Source: the human T2T-CHM13v2.0 reference genome, Homo sapiens. From it: a DNA stretch of 64,000 nucleotides. A model generated the notes under the pieces. That model worked only from the letters and a program-made list of their open reading frames with translations. It searched no databases and was not told the origin of the DNA. The translations under genes were made by a program, and so were the position numbers. Positions 16,887 through 30,717 of this stretch are shown in pieces. The stretch lies in NCBI RefSeq assembly GCF_009914755.1, contig NC_060930.1. The stretch is one strand, 5' to 3'. Every line of letters begins with the position of its first letter. The first letter of the stretch is position 1.

Positions 16887-19800
16887 CATTATGTAGCGTA
16901 AGTAGACCTTTACCATCTTATTAAACAACTGTAATTCAACTACAATTTAGTGAGTGGAAAGGAAGACTGATTTTCTTTATCATTTGTTTGTTCAGTTTCA
17001 ATAAATGTTTACTGAACCACTACTATGTTTAAGATGTTAGAATGTGGTTTTTGAATGTTTGTGGTTGTAATAATTTTTTTTAATGGAGTTACCATTTATA
17101 CAATTATTATTTATGACTCCTGATATTTTCCTAAGTTTTCCCTGAGATAGGTGGGGGTAAAGGCAGGTTAGGATTTTTTTTTTCTGAACCTGGTTATTTT
17201 TGTGAGCAGTGAGCATCAAGGAGCTGACAGAGGAGGGCACCTGTATTCAACGATGCTTAGTGAGGATAGGGTCAGAGGATTAATGTGATACTTAATGCAG
17301 GAAAGGAGAGAGATAGCACAGCTGTGAAATTTTCAGAAGGAGTTGGGTCAAAAGAGAGTAACTGACACTGTCAGGGTGTATATGGCCCTGAAGCCTTGAC
17401 ATGTTATATGTTCCAAAGTAAGCTTTTATCTTAGGTCTTGCACTATACTAGTCATTTTGTCAAGCAATTAAAATTTTTGTCACCATTATATTTAGGATTC
17501 TCACTGTTACAAAACTTGTCCTAAATTGCAAAGAAGTCCAAAGTAAGAAGAACATCAGGAGTGGGTATGGTGGGGTTCAGGGGAGAACACATGTATACCA
17601 GATCTGCTACCAAAGAATTGCCGTAGACTTAAAACTTATGCTTTAAATTGTGAAATCTAAGTCATATTCAATATACGAGTTGTCAAAAAGCATATTTCTC
17701 CATCATAATAGAAAACAAAAATAAAGAAAAACATGAGTCATTTGGCATCCCTCAACTGATGTTGCTTTTTCATCATGACAGTTTAAAGCTGGTTGATATC
17801 AGTCCTTCTCATTTGCTGATGTCACTCCTGCCTTTACTCTGGATTTCTTGATGGACACGTTTCTTGCTCCACATCAGTCATATGATATTTTGGACAAGGA
17901 CTATTATGGTCTGAATCTTTGAAGGCGTTATTTTAACTACTTAAAATTGATGCCATAATAATGTCTAGAACATTTTCTGGCATGTTGAAAGCATTCATGT
18001 TTGTTGACTCAGTGAAAAAAGATTCTCTTTTCTCCTCTCTGGAAAACTTGCAGGGACTCTACCTGCCTCTCCTAAAGCGCCAGACATTCGTTCTCCCTCT
18101 GCTCTATTTTTCCCCTTCACTATTTCTCCTCTCTCCTACTTTGGAATTCTCTTGAGAGTTGGAAATGTGATAAAAGTGATCAGTGTCCCAAGAATGGGAA
18201 AGAGTGGTTCAGGCCTCTGGATAATTATACATAGATGGCACTCTGCCCTTTGTTTTATTGAGCCTAGGACTCTACTGTTTTTTTTTTTTTTATTGCTTTA
18301 ATGGTGTAAACTGTTGTTTTAATAATGAATTTAATTTTGTCTAGTTTCAAGAAAAGTTAGTATTTTGTCTTGATCATTGAGATATAGGCAAATGAAACAG
18401 GTGAGTTTAGTTTAGTTTCTTGGATTATATGCAAAATTTGTTAAATTCATCCATAATTACAGAAATTTACTTTTTCTCACTAAGATCAAGGATAGATTTT
18501 AAAGCTAGTTAAATATTTAGTTTAAAAGGTTTAGTTTTACTATGAATATTATCTAAAGTGATAGCAAAAAAGTCTTCCATTAGTATGAATGTTTTCACTG
18601 CTGTATTAATAAGGTTGCTTATTTTTACATGTTCTGCCAGAGCAAAAACAAAAATATGAGTTAAAAATTTTTCATAGAGTCAGTATTCTAAACATATACC
18701 TCATTATAGTATGATCATATTTTCACTAGACTTTTTATATCTCATGATTGGGGGTGCTATTATAGAATCTCAAAGAGCATTTTTTTTGCTACATTATTTA
18801 GGAAAAGCATGTTGTTAGATATCTTATTAAATAATTCTAATAAAATGTGGCAATTTATTAAAAATATGGAATATGTACAAGATGTCCAAGTAACTTATAG
18901 TGCAAAATATGCTATAAAGTGGTCTGCACACTAGAAAAAAATTATAAATGAAGAAAACAAGGATTAATGGGAAAGAGAAAGGGGCTCATATGTTTCTTCC
19001 TCTTTTTCCCCCCACTTTCATCTACCAATAGGCAGAGTGTATTGTATGAAAGAAAGTTCCCCTCCCTACAATATGAGCTCCACAGCTGCCTGCATTTCCA
19101 TCAATTAGAGATTCATTTGTTTAACAAGTTCAATACCTCTGGGAAATTACCACCTGGAAGATTTTATTCTTTCCAGTTTATAAACAAAAGGCACCTGCTT
19201 CAAACGTTGCAGAACCCAGATAGAATATAATTAAAGTTTTAAGCTAAAAGAAGCAACTGGGGAGGGATTCCTGACCTTAACACTATCAAGAGTCTCCCTC
19301 TGAATTTTGGCCTTTAGCTCTTGCTTACATTTTCAATTTTATCAGCTCAACAGGTAGAATTTAATTATATGAACTCCCAGGTCTGAGTGTATTCCTTTTA
19401 ATAAAACAGGGGCATTTTTAATCCCTGCAAAGTATAGACTATTGACTTACTAAACAGTCTGCCCAAAATGTGTGCCATTCTTTTGCCTAGTATGTTACAG
19501 GCCTGAATTTATTGGTCAGTATTCCACGCAAGACACATAATTGTGATGGTAGTGATAGGTTGTCAGTGCCTGTGATGTTTCAGTACTGTGTTGGTTGAGA
19601 TTGCTATGATTCCTGCCCTTAGAGCTTATAGTCTAGCAGGGAGATTATACATGAAATGTCTCATTACATAAGTATTTAACTACTGGGGTATAAGGAACCA
19701 TGATGCAAAGAGTATGGACCCATTAACTGACTTAGTTATTCCATCTAAACGGTTTCAAGTTACTTGCCCTGATTACTTCAAGGAGATGAGATGGACTTCT

Positions 19801-20059
19801 ATGCAGGTTTATGTATGCTTGTAAGGAGCTTCAGTGTCCCATTATCTTCTTTGAATATTGCTACACTCAGGGTACATTGAGAAAGTATTATATTAATACT
19901 AAATCAATTCTGCTCAACATCCATCAAAGTTCTTGTTGACAGAAATTTAAGGAAGATTGACTTGAAAAATATGCCATTCATCTTCCTTCAGGTACTCTGT
20001 CTCTGGATAAAACCAGTTCAATAGGGAGCTGCCTGTGTGAACTTTGTTTTATTGCTCCT

Positions 20060-20320
20060 ATATCCTGTGGAGTTTGTATTGACTTGCACTTTGACACAAT
20101 GACATTAACTTAGGTTGAAGGATATTGCGGGAAGCAGCCTGACGAAATGCGTTGCTGCGCATACCATAAGGGTGTTGTGCATTACATTTACACCTTGTTC
20201 TCCAAGAGAACCTATGGAGAAACTTCCTGCAGGGGTCAACACACAAGTATTTGTGTTTTTTTCCTTAGCAACCAGTTTGTGTTTATCTTATGGTCTATGT
20301 GAATTAAGTAACTAATGCTT
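20060..20320. mobile_element. MER121-like ancient conserved repeat
   Basis: Core gatattgcgggaagcagcctgacgaaatgcgttgctgcgcatac...gtgcattacatttacacc matches my recollection of the MER121 core; CpGs retained in an AT-rich context. Confidence 0.6.
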
Positions 20321-21869
20321 TCTGGATTCTAGAAAGTTAAAATAAAGTTTATGGCTCATGTCCAGCAAGTATATAATATATTAATGCACGCATTAAAAAT
20401 TAACCTCTCTCCTTTTTGTCTTTATCTTTCTCTTATTTCATTTCTCCCATCTTAAATTTGCCTTATCTTGCTGTGTGATACATATTAAGGCATCTTAAAA
20501 CATTTCTGTAACAAAGAGGGGTATAAAATATAAATCTCACGAAGAGCTAAGCAATTGGCCTAACAGAATTTATTGAAAAACTTTTATTCTGCACGAATCC
20601 ATGATGTCTTTATTACATATTTAATTTTTTACATATATTAAGCTCTGTTTTGGGGCAGTTTCTTTTCTTTTCTTTCTTTCTTTCTTTTTTTTTTTTTTGC
20701 TCATTTATAATACTACATTGACTCAGAAACTCCACTGTCTGACATTCATCCTAAGAAAATAATTAAGGATCATCACAAATATTTGACTACATAATACTTA
20801 TTTGTGTCACTTTTTTGCAGTAGCGAAAATTGGAAAACAATCTAAACTTCTAAATATAGAAGATAAATTGAGCAAATTGAAGTGCAGTCATATAATCAAA
20901 TACTTATGTGATAAGATATTGTAGTTTATTTATTGATATGTTCAAATTTATTAAGAGCAATAAAACAATGAGTGTGTACATCTGATTATATTTATGTAAA
21001 TATGTATTTAAGTGAGATTCTTTGCTTAATTGCTTAGGAAGCATATAACGGCTTTTCAGTAGTACCCAAAGCACAACACTAGAGCACCTTCCTACAAAGA
21101 CTGGTGGAATGTTTTTCTCTCCTTGAGGCCCTTCCTCAGATATATTTCCAAGAACACCTTTGGCTGTTTTCTCATGTCCAAAGGACCTATTCTGGTTTTC
21201 TTAGCCATGTTGCAAGAGCCAGAATTCAGAAGCTCTCCCTTGAGGCTGAATGACTGCACATTACCACTGAGTGCCAGTTGCTCCATAATAAGTCACCGTA
21301 CCCCTTAGATTTCTAACAAGACTGGAAGTGAATATTGCCCTTGAAATTTGTCGGTACGAAAGGTGTGTTTAGTGTCCCTTCTGCCGATACATATTTCTGT
21401 CCAGTGCAACCCACTCCTTAGGGTGTGAGGGAAAAATGTATTTTCTTTTGTGTTTTCCTTGACCAAAGATACTCAACACCAAGATTGCTTATACTCTAAA
21501 ACTTAATGGTTGTTGCAGTGTTCACTCATAGCCCTGCTTTCCAAGGCAAATCTACAGTGACTTAGTCCAGAGCATTTTCGAAGTTGTCACAAACTGACGG
21601 TAGAATCAGCTCAGAGGACTTAGTCCGGCTCCCAGTTCCTCTCTCTCAGAATAAATATTTCTTTCAGTGGAAACATCCACTTTATTTTGCGCACACATAC
21701 ACAGAAAAAGGTTTGAACTAGTGTGTACCACAATGATATTGTGTGACTTTTTTAAAATCTTAATTTTGCTTATCTATAGTTTAAAATTTTTCTACATGAT
21801 TATGTGTCACTAAAGTGTCTTAGTAATCTGAGTTTCATGCACTTTTTACTAAAATTTTAAAATCTTTTT

Positions 21870-22560
21870 GTTTTAGAAACTTTCAAACATATGGAAAATG
21901 GAGACCATAATATGCAGAGTGAACTTGTGTACCTATCACTCACAGCCAACAATCAACACTTTTTATTTTTTTATTACTCACTATTACCCATAGCATTTTG
22001 TTTTGCTGCAATATTTTAAGGCAAATCTTAGATATTATATCATTTTACCTATAAATACTTTCATATTCATTTCTCACTGCAAAGTCATTTTTTAACATAC
22101 TCATTGTGCCATTGTCTTAACTGATTGAATTAATAGCAATTGCTTTGTGTTCTCCCCAGTTTATATTCACACTTGCCTGACTGTCTCTCAATAATGTATT
22201 TTTTACACTTGGCTTATTCAAACCAGGAATCAAACGTGCTTTACATATTTTCTTTAATTTATGTTTCTTATGTCCTTCTTCTTCTTCACCCTTTTTATTT
22301 ATTGATTTATTAGAACACTGATCATTTGTCCTTTAGAATGTCCAACATTTTGAAATTTGGTTGATTGTTTTATTCTTCTGTTGTTCAGTTTGTTTTCATT
22401 TTTTTATTCCATGTATTTCCAATAAACTGGTTGTTAGAATATAAATGTTTGATTACAGTTAGCTTCTTTTAAGACAAAAATAATTCACAGTCATTGGCAT
22501 CAATTGTTATTGTATTTCATTATTAGGAGATAATGCCTAACTTTTGGTGATGCTAGAGCT
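21870..22560 (-). mobile_element. Old L1M (L1MC/ME-type) 3' fragment
   Basis: T-rich degenerate L1M 3'UTR motifs (aaactttcaaacatat, tattttaaggcaaatcttagatattatatcatttt, aaccaggaatcaaac, tagaatgtccaacatt). Confidence 0.55.
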
Positions 22561-24642
22561 GGTCATTAAGTGTATATTGGCACTCTACACATATACTTAC
22601 TTTTTATAAAAGTAGAACATGCACATGGTTAAAATATGCAGTTGCACAGGGGTCTTATATGGCTCCAGCCTCCTTGTCCTCTGCTCCACCCTGCACTATT
22701 CCTAGTTCCAAATTTAACGATTTTCATTTTTAGTTCTTATGGTCATTATGTTTAGCCTTCCAATAAGACGCTTATACTCTTCTTTCTTGACTGGTGAACT
22801 CTTGGACATAATCTATCCTAGACATACTCCATCCAGGAGGTGAATAGCAAGGACTTGTTTATACTGCTTCTTCGTTTTATGTTGCCCATATTCCTAATAC
22901 TGTTTTATTATTTTCAGTTTATCTGTTTCTTGTGTGTTACTGTGAAAAAATCATTTCACTTATTATCCTTGTTCTATGAATTTCAGACAGAATTGCTCAT
23001 TCTCCACCTTGAAAAATGAAGATACTAGCTTTTTATTGTTTCCTCTACCTGTCCTTTACTTGGAGTTTCTTCATTTTTCACCTTCCTCATCTGATGAGGA
23101 GAAATGCCATTTTCCTTGAAATGGACTAGCACTTGCTTCAGGTAGGAAGTGCAGTGCCCCCAGTCAGCTGTGGAACATCACCTTTAAGGCTGTGGAAAAG
23201 GGTAAAGATGGCTAGGGAAGGAGGGCTGTCCCAGACAACTTTATGGACTGAACCCTCTCTGAAGAAGGGTCAACTTCAGATCTCAGCCTCACTCTCAGCC
23301 TGGGCCCTTTCTGAGGAGACCAGGGAAGACTGTATTCAAACTCAGATCCCTAGAGCATTTGGATGTCAGCATAGTGAGGTTTTTGGTCACAGTTGCATTT
23401 ATTTATTTATTTCTATGTATTTCTCTTTCATCGCTATGGGTACAGTAGCAGTCTCTTCAGGAGTTTGATGCTAGTTAGCTATTCTGGGGGCTTGCTTAAA
23501 ATTCAATGGGAAAAAGTACTAACTGATTTTTTTTGACAAAGCATTAGAATGAAATGACAATTTTACCTTGTGGAGGTAGAAAATGTCTTCTTAACAATAC
23601 TGAAACCCGAGATGCCATGAAACTAAAATGTATTTTAGTCCTTAAGTAATGAAAAATGTCTAATAATATATAAAAATAACACATGACAGAGGTTTAAAAT
23701 TCTTAATACTTAAAATTATTCTCCCACATCATAAGCAAAAGATGAATAACAAGCAGAATGAAAACAACAAAAGATAAGAAGAGAAAATACTTGATAGAAG
23801 AAATGCAACGGTCCTAAAATTCTAAAATTCAGACATTTCTAGATACATGTAAAAATGATGTTTAAACTACCGTAAAATTGAATTAGAGATTAACATCTAT
23901 CTAGAAAAATAAGAAAACAGCATAATTTTATAATGTTAATTAACCCACAAACAATCATTACAATAAAATGCACCTAAATATGACTCACCTTGGGAAAGTT
24001 AAGCATGTAGAAATAATTTGTTGCTATACCAGCCTTTTCTATAAGGATATATTCTGCTTTTCTGTGTTTTGGATAAAATAAAGCCCATAGTGATTTTAAC
24101 AAGAAAAATATTCATTGAAAAGGAAAAGAAAAAAAAGCAAGAAGAAGAAAGAAGAAAATATAATGCTTAATGCTGTTTCTCTACACAGAATGTCCTTCTG
24201 AGCTTCCTCACCTCAGTAAATTACTACATGGCATTTCCTGAACTAATAGTAATAATTAAACTGTTCTCACTTGTCTTTTAAGTTTAAATTGATAATTGTG
24301 CTGGAAGCTCAGAAAAAAGATCATTAGTATATTCCACAGCAGAAACTGAAGATAAACTGTTCCTTAGTTGATATTAAATGTACTGTTACATACAACTAAG
24401 AATGCTTTTTTATTCTGGAATGTGTATACATTAGAAGCGTGTTATATTTTGTTGGGCATCGCAGCTTGGCTGTGCTTGGAAAGAGATATCATTTCAGTTT
24501 GATATCTGGCTTGACTGCATTTGCCTGAGGAACAGAGAGTTGACTGATTGATAGATCGATTGATAGATAAAGTGCCCAAGCTAATTGTCATTGCATTGTC
24601 AGCATTTTAACAGCCTTTTGTTTTTCCTTTGCTTTTCCTCAG

Positions 24643-24663
24643 TGTTCCTAAGTGTTTATGGTG
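24643..24663 (+). other. Candidate 21-nt microexon of an unidentified + strand host gene
   Basis: Branch-like ttttaac, long polypyrimidine tract with TGC, ...ttttcctcag|TGTTCCTAAGTGTTTATGGTG|gtaagc. Length is a multiple of 3 and two of three frames are open. Confidence 0.5.
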
Positions 24664-25031
24664 GTAAGCATTTTATTATTTACACATGCAGTAAAAAATT
24701 GATGTTCTGACTTCCTCTAACTGCCACACCCCACCTTGTCCTTCATAATTTTTTTAATACAGAATAACCATGAAAGATTCAAGAATACGGAGATAAAATC
24801 AGGCAAGAAAATCATGGCATGATATGGTTATAATACTGAAACTGAATCAGTACAGAAGTGTTTGAATTCTAACCAGGAAGGTCTCAGCCTCTACCAATAT
24901 CCAGAATGAAATTTTAAAAAAATTTTGTCTATTTTGACTGGTGGTTTTTATTAAATCATCAGTTTGTGGGTAGAACATAACAAAAATACCTGTTCTTTTT
25001 ATTTTTAGCATTTATCATATTTTGCAATATG

Positions 25032-25073
25032 ATATCCCATCTATCTGTTCACATATCCCATCTATCTGTTCAC
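25032..25073. repeat. Perfect 21-bp tandem duplication
   Basis: atatcccatctatctgttcac x2. Confidence 0.95.
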
Positions 25074-25393
25074 AGGTGTACAACCTCTCTCTTTTACTGT
25101 AAATGAACTCCATGATGGGAGGGTTTAAGCCTGTTGTGCGCACACCTGAATTTATAACACTTGACACATAAAGGTGTTTATTAAATACTGACTAATAAAT
25201 AAAGAAATAAGAGGAAATCATACTAGTAATTGTGTGTGAAGGTTAGCAACTGTTACCAGCTACTGAACGTCATTTCTTAACTAATCCTTCCCATTTTGAC
25301 TGCAGAGAAACTGACTAGGAGATATCAGAGATCAAGTCCTGCTAAACTTTCTGTCACTTCATTCTAATAGCTTGCTAGCAGGAGGAAGTTGGA

Positions 25394-26853
<1,460 letters not shown>

Positions 26854-27619
26854 TTATTTAAACAAAATCTATTGTATAAAAAAGGTTATATTAAAAACAG
26901 GAAAAGATTTTACATTTCTAGTATGCTGAAGGAGGTTATAGTAAAAAAAGTAATAAAGCAACTATATGATTCGAAAATTATAAAAATGTTTTCATTATAA
27001 TTAAGATATGAATATTTATTAGCAATGATTATTTTAATGTTTTCTAAGACATTCCAAGATATGGATGCACCATTTGGCTCAGAGAATCAATATTGAGCAC
27101 ACATTTACTTAAAAGTCAAATTTACCATTTAAAAAATAGAACTAATGACCTCAAACATTATAAAGTGATTTTTGTTGGTTTGAAGATATAAGACCTCATT
27201 AATTCATATTCTACATAATTTGGAATTTGTGATTGCTTGCCAAGGGTGACATTTCCTTTTGCATTATCCTGAAGAAAGTTTTAACTGAATAGATGAATAG
27301 TTTAAAGAAGATGGTTGAAGATATTTAACCTTTATAAAAGAGTCAACATAATTTAGAAGGCTTTAGAACATTGTATGCAAATAGATGCTTTTATTTATGA
27401 ATTGATTTTTGTCTATTAATTAAAGCAAGTTTAGAATAATTTGTTTTTACAAATATAGTTTTAGTTACTCTAGTATACATATAATAATTCCAAATAATTA
27501 TTAAAGATAGTACACTGGAGGTGATTATTATTCATTTATTTACTAAACAAGTATTTTCTTAGGGGTAATCATGTACGAAGACAGACATTATCCCTCATAT
27601 TGTGGAGTTTTTGGTCTAG

Positions 27620-27878
27620 TGCAACGTTTTAGAAACTTGTTTGATTGCACGGCTCTAATAGGAGAAATATTTGACAATGCACCATTGATATATGTATATT
27701 TACCTATAAATAACATGCATGTACTATTTTACTAATATATGAAGCACATTAAAAAACTAATTCAAGAATAAATCATGACAGGGTAAGATAAAAGGAAACA
27801 TGAATTAAAGTTTTAGTAATAAATTTTCAGGTGTATTTCCTGGGTCGCCTTCTACCCACGTAGGAAGCTCTGCCTAGT
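27620..27878. mobile_element. Probable hAT-Charlie-type DNA transposon remnant within L2
   Basis: Interrupts L2-like sequence at a gtctagtg site and ends ...ggaagctctgcctagt; highly degenerate. Confidence 0.35.
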
Positions 27879-28474
27879 AAATGAGATAGGCATTGAATCA
27901 GTAGAGAGAAAAATGTTTATATACTTATAAATATAATAAATTCTATAAAAAGTATAGTGATGAGAGAGAGGGAAAAAAAAGGCGAGAAAGAGAAAGGAGA
28001 CACAAATTATATAGTGAGGTTGAAAGATCTTCTGAGGAGGTGCCATTTGAGCTATGTCTGAATTAACCAAAAGAAGTACGGTGGGAAGAGCATTCCAGGG
28101 AGAGAGTACATCATACTCAGAGTTCCTGTGGTGGGAAAGAGTTTGGTACATTTGAGGAGCTGAAAGAAGACCCATATGGCTGGAGTGTACTAAGAGGATC
28201 TGTGGCACAAATCTAGGTTGAAGAGTCAGGGAGGGCCTGTGCTAAGAAATCTGGGTTTTGTTTTTTTTTTCTGATTTCACTGACAAACAATTGAAAGATT
28301 TTAAGCAGGGAATTGCCATAATCTGATTTACATTTTAGAAATGCATATTGGCGACACTGAGGTTTTGACCTTGAGAAACTCAGTGGTTGTTGCTATACTT
28401 ATTCAGATGGGAATGATTGGGGGTGAAATATGTTGGGGGAATGGAGTTGTATTTTGGACATGTTACATTTGAGA

Positions 28475-29345
28475 TGTATTTGTTAGGCTAATGTTAGCTG
28501 CCATAGCAACTAAACCCCAAATTTCAGTGGTTTACCGAAATAGAAGTTTGGTTTCCTGATTAGCGGCTGGCTTTTGTCAATATATTGATTCAAGGATTCA
28601 AGTTCTTTCTCCCCTGAGTTTCCCCAGGCACTGAGGGAACAAAGCCCTCTGAATCAAGCAGGTAGAAGAGGAAAGACAATATGGAGAATGCACACTTGCT
28701 TCTTATTCTTGGAGCAGAATGACACATATATATTCCATTTATATTTTGTTGGGGGAAAATCAGTCATATGGTCCCACCAAGATGCAAAAGGGTAACCATC
28801 ATTTTACTCTCTACTTTTAAGAGATCAACTTTTTAATATTCTACATATGAGTAAGACAGGCAGTATTTGTCTTTCTGTGCCTGTATTAGTTCACTTTACA
28901 TAATGTCTTACAAGGCAGTGAGGTAGAGGGTTAGGGGAGTTTGTGGAAATGTTGGCCAAAGAATATAAAATTCCCATTAGAGAGAAGGAATAAGTTCAAG
29001 AGATCTTATTGTGTAACATGTTGACTATAGTTAACAACAATATATTGTGTTCTTGAAAAATGCTGAAAGTGGATGTTAAATGTTCTCACCACAGAACTGA
29101 TAATGGTGAGATAATGCATATAACAGTAGTGAGATTTAGTCATTCTACAATGTATATATACTTCAAAACATCACGTTGTACATGATAAATACATACAATT
29201 TTATCTGTCAAATTTAAAAATAAAATAAGATGCAAAAGAATCTGGGAAATATCATCCCCTCACAGCAAGAGTAGCCACTTTCCAGAAGAAACTCTGAACT
29301 GGGAAAGAAGCTTTCATTTTTGGTCAATGGCTATGCATTGCCACA
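28475..29345 (-). mobile_element. MLT1 (J/K-like) MaLR LTR, split by an L1MA insertion
   Basis: tgtatttgttaggctaatgttagctgc...ccccaaatttcagtggttta at one end and ...gcattgccaca at the other. Confidence 0.7.
28791..29226 (+). mobile_element. Short L1MA insertion with 5' inversion
   Basis: Antisense L1MA segment (28791-~28912), then sense 3'UTR and A-rich tail; perfect 12-bp TSD AAGATGCAAAAG at 28779-28790 and 29227-29238. Confidence 0.88.
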
Positions 29346-29765
29346 GGCATCTATTAAATGTTCCCCTGGATACATTAAGTAAAAAGTTGACTATAGAAAT
29401 GTGTATCTCAAGAGAGTGGTCTACTCTGATTATAAAAATGTAATTTTCATCTGTGTGTCTTTGTAGAAAGATTAGAAGAGATGTCTTACTAGAACCAAAC
29501 CCCAGAGCACAGTGACATTGGTAGTCAGATAAGGATTATGCAATGAAAACTGAAAATGTCATCAGGGATGTAGAAGAAAACAATCAAGACTTGGTGGCAT
29601 CATAGGAACTATGAGAATTTTTTCAGAAACATCTGAAATTCTCACTAGTTCAAGTTTTTATTGAATATTGAATTGATATTTTTCTGTCACAATTTGTCTA
29701 AATAGACATACTTTCTATATACTATGAAATACAGTTTTCTGACTGCTGTACAAACTACCTTTTAA

Positions 29766-30077
29766 ATTTTTCGTTTTCTTTTTCTTTTTGTTTTTTGGGA
29801 CAGACTCTCACTCTATCACCCAAGCTTCAGTGAACTGGTGCAACTTCTACTCACTGAAATCTCTGCCTCCTGGGTTCAAGCGATTCTCATGCCTTAGTCT
29901 CCCTAGTAGCTGGGATTACACATGTGCGCCACCACACCCGGCTGATTTTTGTATTTTTAGTAGAGATGGGGTTTCGCCATTTTGCCCAGGCTGGTCTGGA
30001 ACTCCTGGCCTCAAGCAATCCACTCGCCTTGGCCTCCCAAGGTGCCCCCTCAAAGGTGTGAGCCACCGCGCCTGGCC
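29766..30077 (-). mobile_element. Alu (AluJ/old S)
   Basis: T-rich tail, dimer, ctcctggcctcaagcaatcc (J-like). Confidence 0.9.
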
Positions 30078-30390
30078 ATAACATTTTATCTTTTAAAAAG
30101 AGCTTTAACATTTATTGTAAAGCAATAAGCATGACCTTTTTAAATTTTAATTTTAAAATTAATAACAGTTTTTAGTATTGTAAAAAATTCTCTTGATTTT
30201 AGTTATAAATTTCTGCCCAAATTTATGAGATTTGGGGACTAACAAGTCAATTCATAAGCTAATGTAATCTGTAGTGACATAGAGAAAAATAAAAAAAAAA
30301 ACTTCATTAAACCATCACTTCAATTTAATTTTGTAAAATGCCAATACTTTAATTTATTAAAATATGGATTATATTGACATAAATTTAGAG

Positions 30391-30717
30391 CAGAGGTTGG
30401 CAAACTCTAGCTGGTGGGTCAATTCCAGTCTGACACCTGTCTGTGTACAGCTGTCAAGATAAGAATAATATTTACATTTTAAAATAGTTTTAAAAAATCA
30501 AAGGAATAATGATATTTTTGACACACAAATATATATAAAACTCCAACTTCAGTCTTAATAAATAAAATTTTATTTGAACACAGATACTTCATCCTTTTAT
30601 GTAACGTACATAGCTACTTTTATGTTACAGCAACAGAGTTAGCAACTGAGACAGAGCCCTGCAAAGTCTAAGATATTTACTATTTAGCCCTTTATGGAAA
30701 AGAAAATGCCAACCTTC
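30391..30717. mobile_element. MER58B (hAT-Charlie)
   Basis: cagaggttggcaaact...tatttactatttagcccttta...tgccaacc; 8-bp TSD ATTTAGAG at 30383-30390 and 30718-30725. Confidence 0.85.

Larger units (their letters stand above)
27990..29620 (-). mobile_element. L2 LINE, interrupted by an MLT1 LTR
   Basis: gaagagcattccagg...gtttggtacatttgaggagctgaaag...ttttaagcaggg...tttggacatgttacatttgagatg; resumes after 29345. Confidence 0.75.

Noticed and set aside
18345-18400. tag|...CAG|gtgagt 56-nt exon-like segment (+)
   Set aside because: Stops in all three frames and a weak polypyrimidine tract; the strong donor alone is insufficient.
20058-20315. 62-aa and 66-aa ORFs with a possible minus-strand acceptor
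   Set aside because: Better explained as a MER121-like non-coding element.
23989-24038. Minus-strand exon-like segment ending AAG|gtgagt
   Set aside because: Poor acceptor, 50 nt, no recognisable peptide, and opposite to the inferred host strand.
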